The notes under the pieces are model-generated. The model ran no database searches. It was not told where the DNA came from and saw only the letters and a program-made list of their open reading frames with translations. A stretch of DNA of 64,000 bases, taken from IMG/VR virus record IMGVR_UViG_3300038409_000042; one strand, 5' to 3'. Below, in pieces: positions 9,339-17,970 of the stretch; positions within the stretch are counted from its first letter, which is position 1; each line of letters begins with the position of its first letter. This DNA comes from a virus. Its lineage: Duplodnaviria > Heunggongvirae > Uroviricota > Caudoviricetes. Both the position numbers and the translations under genes were made by a program.

Positions 9339-12258
9339 TCTTCTTTGGTTTCTTGGCAGCTGACTTTATTTTCTCTTTCTCAAGCTTATTCTTATCCTTA
9401 GCCTGATTTTCTGAAGACTCTCTGTCCTTATCCGACTGAGAAACCTTTGCGGCCCTATCCTTATTTGCCTGAGATTCCTGTGAAGTTCGATCTTTGTCAG
9501 AGTTGATCGCATCCATAATCATTTGTTTAACAGCCGTGCGCTCTTGACTTGACAGGGTATCCTTGCTTATCTGCCTCTTCGTTGCTTCACTTTGGGATGC
9601 TGTCTGACGTTTCGTAGCATCGTCTCTAGAAGATTGCCGTTCTTTTTGTGCCAAGTCTCTGGATGATTGACGTTCCTTAGAAGCCGTATCTCTTTGAGAC
9701 TTCCGGTCCTGCGCCGTGAGACTAGCCATCGTTGTACGACGTTTTGTTTCATCATCTCTCTGAGATTTCTTTTCTCCGGCCGCAATTTGCCTATCACTCG
9801 TATAACGCTTAGTAGCATCATCTCTTTGAGACTTACGATCACCAGCCAATATCTGAGCGTTACCTTGCCGAATCTTATTTTCTTCAGCAAGACGCTTGGT
9901 TTCATCATCCCGTCTAGATTTACGATCTGCCGAGGATAACTTAACTCCTTCAATAATCTCCTTAGACCGTATATCCTGGGCATGCATTCTCTCCTTGGCA
10001 GCTAGTTCTTCTCTAGCAAGTTGAGCATCAATGAGTTTTGCATCTTTTCTTTGCTCTATTTCCATGATATCAACCTGGATTTGAGGGTCCATGAGGGCTT
10101 GTTTTTGCTTAGCCATCTGAGCCTCAAGAGCATGTTCCTTAAGAATCTCTTCTCCTGCCTCCGCGGCCAATCTGGAGATAGATGCTTCCATATCCTCAGG
10201 TAGCGGCTCTCCCGGAGGAGGAAGTTGCATTCCAATCTTACGTTCTATATCTCTCCTATATCCGAAAGCTAAATGCTCCTGGACGTGAGAAGCCAGAGCC
10301 CCCATAACCACGTTGGCATTTGGACTTTGACCAACCAATTCTGCAATCTTCGGGTCTTGAGCGGCGGCGACGTGAGCCCGTATGTGGGCCTCATGATCTT
10401 GCCAAAGAAACGCCTTAACCGGCTTGCCAGTGAGCATCGCCATGTTCTCACTAATCGGGTCCATAGGTTGAACTTCGTCAGCTAATGGAACAATCCTTTC
10501 GGGGTTTTTAATTCCAAATATCTCTAGGGCGTCCCTATGGAGCTGCGCCATATTATAGACATTCGGGGCATTTTGGGCTAATTGCAGGATCGCATTGTAA
10601 ACAATAGCTCGTTGCGCTTGCGTAGCGCTATTCGGATCACTAACAGGAATAATATCTCGATTATCTGCGAAGTCATCTTGTCGATTGAATTGTAACTCCT
10701 GATCATATTCATATTCGGGAGGCATGAAGTTCCCAATGATGAAAGATATAGTCTGGAGTTCTTGTCCAAGGGACGCATGAAGCCTTGCGTGAACAGCGCT
10801 CATAACCCTCAGGGAGCGCTCAAGAAGGGCCATCATTGTTCCAACTGGAGCATTGGCGCTCGTATCGCCTAGCTTCATATCGGCAGCAGACGCCACGCGC
10901 CTAATCTCCCCAACGAAGCTTTCCATCATATTTGCAACAACGACGTTAGGTTCTTTTGTGGGCAGAAACGATATACCTTTATTAATATCGTCACTTCCTA
11001 TATCTACATCTCTAAACTCTCCAGGAGAAAGTGGCGTATCGTCTCCTACAATTCTAAATGATCTTGTTTTGAAACCACACGGAACAATTGAAAGAGTTCC
11101 AGCATCAATAAGTTGTCTGAGCATTGAAGTGACTGCTTCTGTTGGGCCTCCTATTAGATGAATAAGCCCTACACCATAAAACCCAAATCCAGGCATATAC
11201 CGATAAACCGTAAAATGGACAATCTTCGTATACGTGTCATCATCTTCAAGCCAATTGCGTCTGATAGACAGAACTCTTCCACTATCGTAGTCCAATGTTA
11301 TAACATAAGGAATTGGCCTTTCTGTTTCTGCGTTTGCCTCGTCAATGACATAGTCACAATGAACTTCTAGTATTAAATTTCTGTCATCTTCAATGTAAGA
11401 AGCTTCTAAACCATCAAGCTTATTCATTTCTTCTTTTATTTGATCGCTTTCTGGCGTACCTGGGAGAATCGGAATGTTCCGATAAAAACCAGATTCTTGA
11501 AGGGCTAAAAGTTCAGATCGAAATAGTCTTTGCCTGTGCGTGTATCTCGGGCATGTCTCAAGATCGCTTGCGCCAAATTGAATAACGAAATCTTCAGCCG
11601 GCACTAGACGAGCACAAGGGCGCTTCCGAACAGAGTCGAAATAAACCTTACGTAAGGCTACTCCTGAAAGTGGCAAACGGAACAGAAGATTATCAAGCTC
11701 AACTCTATATTCCGGCATACGGTACATCGTTTGGAAATTAAGCTCTTCCTTTTTTCTTCGCCCTCTCCTAAGTTTTTCTGTAGTTTCCTCTCCTATAATT
11801 TTATATTGCGCCGGCCCTCCTGGCGGACACAATTCCATAATTGCATTTGATTGGAATTGGACAACTGTCTCAGCTAAAATGGGATGGTATACGCCACTAG
11901 CGCCCATCCAAGGTTCGGTTCTATCCTCTACCTCAAATCCAAGAAGCTGAAGACCATTTCTGTATCTACGTTCCCATTCCTTTCTGGAGCTTAGGTCAGC
12001 GTCATATCCTTGTCTGAGATCGCTTGATATTTCCATCAAACGCGTCTCAGACATACTCTCTGCTAAATTCTCAAAATGATCATATTCGTATTCGACCAAC
12101 TCCTGCGATTGAGGAGCGCCATCTAAAAAAACCGTTGTAGAACCATCTTCCCCTTTGACTATATCAGATGGTTCTTCATATTCGACATCAATAACCATCC
12201 CATCTTCATCTGGAAAGATTACATTGTCTTCATATATAGTCTTTCTCTCTACTGGCAT
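9325..12258 (-). CDS. putative portal protein with long charged C-terminal repeat tail
   Basis: 977 aa. Lies immediately downstream of the terminase large subunit (stop/start adjacent at 12258/12259). The C-terminal ~200 aa carry repeats of DRKSQRDD(A/E)TKR with matching tandem DNA repeats at ~9400-9900. Confidence 0.6.
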   Translation of the reverse strand: MPVERKTIYEDNVIFPDEDGMVIDVEYEEPSDIVKGEDGSTTVFLDGAPQSQELVEYEYDHFENLAESMSETRLMEISSDLRQGYDADLSSRKEWERRYRNGLQLLGFEVEDRTEPWMGASGVYHPILAETVVQFQSNAIMELCPPGGPAQYKIIGEETTEKLRRGRRKKEELNFQTMYRMPEYRVELDNLLFRLPLSGVALRKVYFDSVRKRPCARLVPAEDFVIQFGASDLETCPRYTHRQRLFRSELLALQESGFYRNIPILPGTPESDQIKEEMNKLDGLEASYIEDDRNLILEVHCDYVIDEANAETERPIPYVITLDYDSGRVLSIRRNWLEDDDTYTKIVHFTVYRYMPGFGFYGVGLIHLIGGPTEAVTSMLRQLIDAGTLSIVPCGFKTRSFRIVGDDTPLSPGEFRDVDIGSDDINKGISFLPTKEPNVVVANMMESFVGEIRRVASAADMKLGDTSANAPVGTMMALLERSLRVMSAVHARLHASLGQELQTISFIIGNFMPPEYEYDQELQFNRQDDFADNRDIIPVSDPNSATQAQRAIVYNAILQLAQNAPNVYNMAQLHRDALEIFGIKNPERIVPLADEVQPMDPISENMAMLTGKPVKAFLWQDHEAHIRAHVAAAQDPKIAELVGQSPNANVVMGALASHVQEHLAFGYRRDIERKIGMQLPPPGEPLPEDMEASISRLAAEAGEEILKEHALEAQMAKQKQALMDPQIQVDIMEIEQRKDAKLIDAQLAREELAAKERMHAQDIRSKEIIEGVKLSSADRKSRRDDETKRLAEENKIRQGNAQILAGDRKSQRDDATKRYTSDRQIAAGEKKSQRDDETKRRTTMASLTAQDRKSQRDTASKERQSSRDLAQKERQSSRDDATKRQTASQSEATKRQISKDTLSSQERTAVKQMIMDAINSDKDRTSQESQANKDRAAKVSQSDKDRESSENQAKDKNKLEKEKIKSAAKKPKKNDKT

Positions 12259-13809
12259 TTAGTAATATTTAGCTTTCCTTATTCTCTTGTTTTCAAGTTC
12301 TTCGTCATCATTATCATCAGTTTCAGTCTTAACAAAACCCCCTCTTCTGAATCTAATCAATGCTTGCGTCGTAGTATCAACCAAATCATCATTTTCACCG
12401 TTTGGGAAGGCCGCTAGTTGTTCAATTGTGTGCTCATTTTTCCGATCTTTAGTACTATCACTCTGAGCAAACCATATACATCTAGACATAAACAAATCAC
12501 TGACAGAATTAACTCTGACAATCTTATCATTACCTCTGCTTGGAATGAAGGCCAATACAGGAAGCCTTGTCTGTCTTAATTCGTCCAATAATGGCGATCC
12601 TGCGGCTTTTTCTTCTACAAGTATCTGATCGGCCTTTGTGTCTTTAAATATTTGAATAGCCTTTCTTTTAAGGTCAGGGAATGCCATTCTTTCAAAGAAA
12701 GATTCAAGCAGAATAATACCGTATTCTCCTTCCTTCTCGAATATTCCCCATGTCGTACAGGCACAAAAGTCCGAAGTTTCTGTTTTTTTATAGGCCGTGT
12801 CCCAAGAGTTAATAATGTAAGAACAATGTGGCAGAGGTTGACCATCGGGCCATGGCTGCCACCATTCCCTCTTCACGAGAGCAGCTTCGTCTGAGGTTGG
12901 ATTCTGTTGATAAATGCAATTCCAGAGGTTAAGTGGCATCTCCGACTTAAGGCCAAGCCAATAATCCATCGGCCTAAGTTCAGGGAATATGCAGTGAGCC
13001 TCATCCGGGAAAATCGCAGGAAACTCTATGATCTCGAATTTCTCAACGCCTGCCTTACCCATATTCTTCTTAATACGTCCGGTAAGGTCTCGCTCTCCCC
13101 ATCGAGTCATAATGATGATCATCCTGGAGTCCGGCTCCATTCTTTGTCTAGGACCCTGGAGATACCAATCATAAACCTTGTCAAAGACTTCCGGCTTAAA
13201 TGCAGCAATCTTGCCGTCTTGTTCTGAGACAGGATCATCAATTATAAACAGCTTAGAATTTCGGCCAGCAACATTACCCTCTGTGCCGACCGCGAAGTAC
13301 TCCGCTCCATCTGTTGTCTTCCAGAAACCCGCCGCCTTCTGGGCGGGATTCAGCTTTACGTCTGGAAAGATATCAAGATATAAAGGCGTTTGAATTAGGT
13401 CTCTAACGTCCTTGGCCCACTTGAGACTGAATTCTGCCGTGTGTGTGGCTTGAATGACATGCTGACCTGGACATTTACCAAGGAAGAATGCCGGAAGATA
13501 AAGGGAACTCAGAAGAGACTTGCCCACGCGAGGGGGCATATTGAGGATGACCCTCTTCTTCTCTCCGGTCACGACCTTATCGAAAATATCGCCAATAATC
13601 TTATGGTGCGCAGAGATCGTACCTCCGGGATATACATACCGGACGAAATCTACAAACTTCTCTCTTGCCTTAACCTTAGTGTTTGACTTTTCATAAGCCG
13701 AGACAAGACGGAGTATTTCCTGTTGCTCGTACAGAGGTAGGCGTGCTATATCGTCTAAATTCAACATGATTAATAAATCATGGAGAATTATACATCTTGA
13801 CACACCCAC
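12259..13809 (-). CDS. terminase large subunit
   Basis: 516 aa. Walker A-like LNMPPRVGKS. Aromatic and acidic C-terminal nuclease-like half. First gene of the leftward morphogenesis operon. Confidence 0.8.
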   Translation of the reverse strand: MGVSRCIILHDLLIMLNLDDIARLPLYEQQEILRLVSAYEKSNTKVKAREKFVDFVRYVYPGGTISAHHKIIGDIFDKVVTGEKKRVILNMPPRVGKSLLSSLYLPAFFLGKCPGQHVIQATHTAEFSLKWAKDVRDLIQTPLYLDIFPDVKLNPAQKAAGFWKTTDGAEYFAVGTEGNVAGRNSKLFIIDDPVSEQDGKIAAFKPEVFDKVYDWYLQGPRQRMEPDSRMIIIMTRWGERDLTGRIKKNMGKAGVEKFEIIEFPAIFPDEAHCIFPELRPMDYWLGLKSEMPLNLWNCIYQQNPTSDEAALVKREWWQPWPDGQPLPHCSYIINSWDTAYKKTETSDFCACTTWGIFEKEGEYGIILLESFFERMAFPDLKRKAIQIFKDTKADQILVEEKAAGSPLLDELRQTRLPVLAFIPSRGNDKIVRVNSVSDLFMSRCIWFAQSDSTKDRKNEHTIEQLAAFPNGENDDLVDTTTQALIRFRRGGFVKTETDDNDDEELENKRIRKAKYY

Positions 13810-13933
13810 TAGGGGAGTCTACTTATGGAGATATAGCGGGGTAGATTAACGGCAGATCAGTAGGCTCATGCCCTACGCGTGTAGGTTCAACTCCTTCCCC
13901 CGCTCCCATCTCTTCTTGACAATGGATTATCAA

Positions 13934-14086
13934 ATGGCTAGAAAAAAGCCCGAAGAAAGCCGCGACGATTACGTAAACCGTAAGGTCGCCCACATGAATC
14001 GGATGGGCATTCCGGCGGTAATTTACCGTGGCGCAGCCTGTCCAGTTTGGCTGAAAGAGCAGCTAGAGAAGGACGAAAACAAGTGA
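13934..14086 (+). CDS. small basic hypothetical protein
   Basis: MARKKPEESRDDYVNRK... in frame with track ORF 13868-14086. First plus-strand gene after a TTGACA-containing divergent region. Confidence 0.3.
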   Translation: MARKKPEESRDDYVNRKVAHMNRMGIPAVIYRGAACPVWLKEQLEKDENK

Positions 14087-14103
14087 ACCAAGAAGACCCC
14101 GTT

Positions 14104-14838
14104 ATGAAGACGGCCGGCTGGCTAGTCCCACAAGGGCAGTTGGCCGTCTATATGCTTCTGGACCGCAGTGGCTCGATGGCGCATCGTTGGGAAGAGACAA
14201 TTAGCTCTCTCAATGCCTATGTCAGAGAACTTGCCGAAGGTGGTCAGGGCGATGCAGACATTACGATTGCTCTGTTTGACGAACATTGCGGTCTCCAGTT
14301 TGAGCTTGTCAGAGACAAGACGAAAGCCAAGGACTTCGTTCCTATAGACTTTCAACTCACGAGACCGAGAGGTTCAACGCCGCTCTATGATGCTTGCGGT
14401 AAGATTTATTCTCTTGCTGCCGAGAGGAATGAGCCAAAGACCGTTATGGTCATTCTCACTGATGGGCACGAAAACGCCTCCAAAGAAATGACCAAGAGTT
14501 TGGTCAAGAAGCTTATTGAAGACTTCAAGGCTAAGGTCTGGCAGACTGTGTTCCTTGGCGTTGACTTTGACGCCTATGGAGAGGCTGGCGCAATTGGTGT
14601 TCGCGCCTCCAATACCCTGAACACGCAATCAGCTTATGCTGGTCAAACGATGCGGTCTATGGCCTCCCGCACTGTAGCTTATGCTGGAGCGGCGACTCAA
14701 GACTTCGCAGAACAGGCCATGTGCTTCGATGTTGATGATACCGATCTTGGAAGTGGAAAACTTTCGATCGAAGAATGGTCAAAGCGCTACGAACAGAAGA
14801 TGAGGACTCAGAAAAAGGATGACAAAACCGGGCAATAG
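14104..14838 (+). CDS. von Willebrand factor A (vWA) domain protein
   Basis: MIDAS motif LLDRSGSM (DxSxS) plus downstream T and D residues. Start taken at ATG 14104; the track start (TTG, 14047) overlaps the upstream ORF. Confidence 0.7.
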   Translation: MKTAGWLVPQGQLAVYMLLDRSGSMAHRWEETISSLNAYVRELAEGGQGDADITIALFDEHCGLQFELVRDKTKAKDFVPIDFQLTRPRGSTPLYDACGKIYSLAAERNEPKTVMVILTDGHENASKEMTKSLVKKLIEDFKAKVWQTVFLGVDFDAYGEAGAIGVRASNTLNTQSAYAGQTMRSMASRTVAYAGAATQDFAEQAMCFDVDDTDLGSGKLSIEEWSKRYEQKMRTQKKDDKTGQ

Positions 14839-15085
14839 TCCCGGTAACTTTTGGACGGATGAAAAGTTAACGCTAACTGTAAATTTCTATTCTCAAGGGA
14901 TTCCGGTCAAGACGATCCGGGAGATTATCGGAGCAAAAACCGATAATCTAATAGTTTGTAAAATGTGGAGCCTCGGCGTAATATGGGGCGGCGGTATACG
15001 CCGCCGCGATAAAGAGCCTGAGCCAATCTATAAGCCCAAGTTCTTTACCGGCGACCGAGATGAAAGGAAGAGCATGCGTGTGTGA
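14819..15085 (+). CDS. hypothetical protein
   Basis: 88-aa ORF overlapping the vWA stop by 20 nt (coupled). Confidence 0.4.
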   Translation: MTKPGNSPGNFWTDEKLTLTVNFYSQGIPVKTIREIIGAKTDNLIVCKMWSLGVIWGGGIRRRDKEPEPIYKPKFFTGDRDERKSMRV

Positions 15086-15256
15086 GCCAGTAGGGACCGG
15101 GGACGCCCGGCGACTCCTGGGGTGGCTCTATTGTCAAGAAGTCCGGGCTGCGTCCATAGTGAAATACCTATAGCAGGCAGTGATCACACCGGATGCCACT
15201 TGACTTTTCTGGTTCGATTCCGGACACACGCTCCATTCCTTATTTAGGAGAAAGAA

Positions 15257-15676
15257 ATGACCAAGAAAATAACCGTAGTGATTCCAAAGCGCACGGCTGA
15301 AAACACTGTCGATGCAAAGGAACCACTGACAGTTAATATAACTGCTAGCGATATCCATGGCGCAACTCTTCTCAATCCAGAAAGTTGCGCCGCCGCCCGA
15401 TCCGTTAAGAGAACGCTCCATTGCCAGCGCGTGGAGATTTATCGTTCCAGAACTTATGTCTTCAATGGAAGAGGAAAATGGGTCAGATATAAAACCCCAC
15501 GATCTCTGAGAGAAGAAACGATTGTTCTGGACAGAGGCGGAAAATTCCAATCCGGCGAATACACATTCGATCAGCCGGAAGTCAGGACCTATAGGCCGGC
15601 GACTAAGGCCACAAAAACTACCAACAAAAAGTCTAAAGTCAGACGAATTTTAGCTGACGTTAGGCCAAGAGCCTAA
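15257..15676 (+). CDS. hypothetical basic protein
   Basis: RBS AGGAGAAAGAAATG. 139 aa. Strand-consistent with neighbours; the antisense ORF 15134-15550 is rejected. Confidence 0.5.
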   Translation: MTKKITVVIPKRTAENTVDAKEPLTVNITASDIHGATLLNPESCAAARSVKRTLHCQRVEIYRSRTYVFNGRGKWVRYKTPRSLREETIVLDRGGKFQSGEYTFDQPEVRTYRPATKATKTTNKKSKVRRILADVRPRA

Positions 15677-15679
15677 AGC

Positions 15680-15754
15680 GTCCCCTTAGCTCAATGGATA
15701 GAGCAGGAACCTTCTAAGTTCAAGATACGGGTTCGATTCCTGTAGGGGACGCCA
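15680..15754 (+). tRNA. tRNA-Arg (anticodon TCT), CCA encoded
   Basis: Hand fold: acceptor GTCCCCT/AGGGGAC; D-arm GCTC-AATGGATA-GAGC; anticodon loop CTTCTAA; T-arm ACGGG-TTCGATT-CCTGT; discriminator G then CCA. Confidence 0.75.
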
Positions 15755-15756
15755 AC

Positions 15757-15990
15757 ATGGGCATAAGGATAAAACCAAAAGACCTTAGAGAAGGAGATGT
15801 AATAGTCTCCAATAAAGACAGTATGTGCATGACCAAGGGAGAAAAATTCACAGTCTACAAGATTAACGACAAACCTTTTATCGTATGCTTCTATAGATGG
15901 GTTCATAAGCAATGGTGTTTAGAATCTCATCCTATCGGAAAAAGGCTTGATGATGAAGGATTTCTCGCTAACTTCTCGTGGCTAACGTGA
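15757..15990 (+). CDS. hypothetical small protein
   Basis: 77-aa ORF starting 2 nt after the tRNA. Confidence 0.45.
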   Translation: MGIRIKPKDLREGDVIVSNKDSMCMTKGEKFTVYKINDKPFIVCFYRWVHKQWCLESHPIGKRLDDEGFLANFSWLT

Positions 15991-16199
15991 ATAAACGTGT
16001 CTGCATAGACGGAACAACATCAGCAGGCTCTATATTAATAGACGGTAAGTTGTTCTGTTCTCTTCATCCAACTATAGAGGAACAATTAAACTCCAAGCCG
16101 GCTAGCAACGAAGCTGTTCGGGAAATGAAAATGCTACATTGCGTAGCAGACGCATTAGAAAAGTTCCTGGAGGAAGAGAGTAATGCAAGTCGTACATAA
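15978..16199 (+). CDS. hypothetical small protein
   Basis: 73-aa ORF overlapping the upstream stop. Confidence 0.45.
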   Translation: MANVNKRVCIDGTTSAGSILIDGKLFCSLHPTIEEQLNSKPASNEAVREMKMLHCVADALEKFLEEESNASRT

Positions 16200-16473
16200 G
16201 TATAAAGTCGCGCCGGATGGGTTCAATCACGGCATGTTCAAGATTCCTATGCCTGAGCACGCCGAGATCGTCCATGTGGACATAATCGATGGTCATCTTT
16301 GCTTCTGGGCAGAGATTACCAAAGAGAATAAGATGGAAGATAAACCCTTCCGTGTCTTCATGACTGGACAAGACGTAACGGATGGCGACGAATCCGAATG
16401 GCTAATCTACCATTTGAGAACGGTAGTTAATCATGATACGGGCGTTGTCATGCACGTCTACGAATACGTATGA
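16183..16473 (+). CDS. hypothetical protein
   Basis: 96-aa ORF with RBS GGAGGAAGAGAGTAATG. Confidence 0.5.
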   Translation: MQVVHKYKVAPDGFNHGMFKIPMPEHAEIVHVDIIDGHLCFWAEITKENKMEDKPFRVFMTGQDVTDGDESEWLIYHLRTVVNHDTGVVMHVYEYV

Positions 16474-16483
16474 GATAATGGTT

Positions 16484-16589
16484 GGTTCCGTAGCTCAGTA
16501 GTAGAGCGGCGATTAATAATCGCGTCAACACGTAGGATCGGCCGGTTTTATGTGTTATGCCCTCGGTGCAATTCCAGGCGGAACCACCA
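16484..16589 (+). ncRNA. atypical 106-nt tRNA-like element (canonical acceptor, D-arm and CCA; ~35-nt insertion and non-canonical T-arm)
   Basis: Acceptor GGTTCCG ... CGGAACC-A-CCA pairs 7/7. D-arm GCTC-AGTAGTA-GAGC. Hairpin GCGAT-TAATA-ATCGC occupies the anticodon-arm position. The remaining 37 nt (including GGCCGG) cannot be placed in a standard cloverleaf. Confidence 0.4.
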
Positions 16590-16593
16590 ATAT

Positions 16594-16667
16594 AGGCCGG
16601 TAGCTCAGCTGGTTAGAGCGCACGACTGATAATCGTGAGGTGGAGGGTTCGAATCCCTCTCGGCCTA
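16594..16667 (+). tRNA. tRNA-Ile (anticodon GAT)
   Basis: Near-identical architecture to E. coli tRNA-Ile(GAU). Acceptor AGGCCGG/TCGGCCT; TAGCTCAGCTGGTTAGAGC; anticodon arm CACGA-CTGATAA-TCGTG; T-arm GAGGG-TTCGAAT-CCCTC. No encoded CCA. Confidence 0.85.
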
Positions 16668-16744
16668 GAGCTAGTAGCCCAACGGCAGAGGCAGCGGTGT
16701 TAAGCTCCGTTCAGTGATGGGTTCGAATCCCTCCTAGCTCACCA
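16668..16744 (+). tRNA. tRNA, anticodon uncertain (loop contains TTAA; possibly TAA Leu-type or an expanded 9-nt loop)
   Basis: Acceptor GAGCTAG/CTAGCTC pairs 7/7. Discriminator A then CCA. Gln-like 3-bp D-stem GCC...GGC. T-loop TTCGAAT. Anticodon stem is imperfect: AGCGG-TGTTAAGCT-CCGTT gives a 9-nt loop. Confidence 0.5.
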
Positions 16745-16748
16745 TAAT

Positions 16749-16834
16749 CGACGGGTGGATGAGTGGATGAAATCGCCAGACTGTAAATCTGGCCCTTAAA
16801 AAGCACGCTGGTTCGAATCCAGCCCCGTCGACCA
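16749..16834 (+). tRNA. tRNA-Tyr (anticodon GTA), type II with long variable arm; CCA encoded
   Basis: Acceptor CGACGGG/CCCGTCG. Anticodon arm CCAGA-CTGTAAA-TCTGG. T-arm GCTGG-TTCGAAT-CCAGC. 86 nt; discriminator A then CCA. Confidence 0.75.
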
Positions 16835-16835
16835 T

Positions 16836-16907
16836 AGACCCGTAGCTTAACGGTAGAGCGCGCGCCTTATAAGCGTTAGATGCAGGGTTCGATTCCCGCC
16901 GGGTCTA
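16836..16907 (+). tRNA. tRNA-like gene, anticodon loop CTTATAA (TAT, Ile-like); weak anticodon and T stems
   Basis: Acceptor AGACCCG/CGGGTCT pairs 7/7. D-arm GCTT-AACGGTA-GAGC. T-loop TTCGATT. Anticodon stem has only 3-4 pairs. Confidence 0.45.
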
Positions 16908-16944
16908 CTTGCGTTACCCTAGAAATCAGAGATATTCTGGTCGA

Positions 16945-17970
16945 ATGACTCCCGGCCTTTTGATCCCATCTAAAACGTATAAGCCCTTTAGATATCCTTG
17001 GGCATTTGAATTCTGGCAACGCCAACAGCAAATTCACTGGCTCCCTGAAGAAGTTCCGCTTGGGGATGACGTTAATGATTGGAACAATAATCTAACACAA
17101 GAGGAGAAGAACTTACTTACTCAGATATTTCGTTTCTTTACACAATCTGACGTTGAAGTCAACGATAACTATATGGAACGATATTCCCGTGTGTTCGTGC
17201 CAACAGAGATTAAGATGATGCTCGCGTCATTCTCAAACATGGAGACCGTTCATATAGCAGCCTATGCTCATCTCTTAGAAACAATCGGCATGCCAGAAGC
17301 TGAATTCGCAGCCTTCCTCGATTATGAAGAGATGCGAGCCAAACATGAATACATGAACACTTTCACGATAAAAAACCGCACAGAGATCGTGAAAACTGTC
17401 GCTATGTTTGGAGCCTTTACAGAAGGATTGCAACTCTTTGCCAGCTTTGCCATGCTTCTAAACTTCCCTCGGTTAAACAAGATGAAAGGAATGGGCCAGA
17501 TCGTAACTTGGAGTGTCAGAGATGAAAGCCTTCATTGCGAAGGCATGATCAAACTTTATCACACATTCGTGCGTGAGATTGGCGGCATCGACGACAAGAC
17601 CAAAGATGAGATTGTTCAAATGTGTCTCAAGGTGGTCGAGATGGAAGATCGCTTCATTGACCTAGCATTCAGGTTGGGCGCGGTCCAAGGTATGACCCCG
17701 CTTGATATTAAGAACTACATCCGTTATATTGCTGACTGGCGCTTGCGCCAGCTCGAATTGCCGCCGATCTTTGGAATCAAAGAGCATCCCCTGCCCTGGC
17801 TCGCGTTGATGCTCAACGGCGTGGAGCATGCCAACTTCTTTGAAGCGCGTGCTACCGAATATTCCAAGGGGGCGACAAAAGGCGAATGGCACGGCGAGAA
17901 TGGCGTGTGGGCCAACTTCGATAGTTTCATGAAGAAAAGGACAGATTTCAGTGTATCGAGTGCAGCCTGA
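16945..17970 (+). CDS. nrdB: ribonucleotide reductase class I beta (small, R2) subunit
   Basis: Ferritin-like diiron motifs FFTQSDVEV, AAYAHLLETIG, FASFAMLLNF and SVRDESLHCEG (ExxH pairs). Start moved from the track TTG (16909) to ATG 16945. Confidence 0.85.
   Translation: MTPGLLIPSKTYKPFRYPWAFEFWQRQQQIHWLPEEVPLGDDVNDWNNNLTQEEKNLLTQIFRFFTQSDVEVNDNYMERYSRVFVPTEIKMMLASFSNMETVHIAAYAHLLETIGMPEAEFAAFLDYEEMRAKHEYMNTFTIKNRTEIVKTVAMFGAFTEGLQLFASFAMLLNFPRLNKMKGMGQIVTWSVRDESLHCEGMIKLYHTFVREIGGIDDKTKDEIVQMCLKVVEMEDRFIDLAFRLGAVQGMTPLDIKNYIRYIADWRLRQLELPPIFGIKEHPLPWLALMLNGVEHANFFEARATEYSKGATKGEWHGENGVWANFDSFMKKRTDFSVSSAA

Noticed and set aside
9567-10485. ORFs 9567-9983, 9667-9939, 10021-10203, 10269-10451 and 10273-10485 within the portal gene
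   Set aside because: All lie inside the 977-aa portal ORF in alternative frames or on the opposite strand. Repeat-driven open frames.
15134-15550. Minus-strand 138-aa ORF
   Set aside because: Antisense to plus-strand ORF 15257-15676, which has a strong RBS (AGGAGAAAGAAATG) and matches the strand of all neighbours.
16909-16944. Track start of nrdB at TTG 16909
   Set aside because: It would begin inside the preceding tRNA-like gene. ATG 16945 gives a normal R2 N-terminus.
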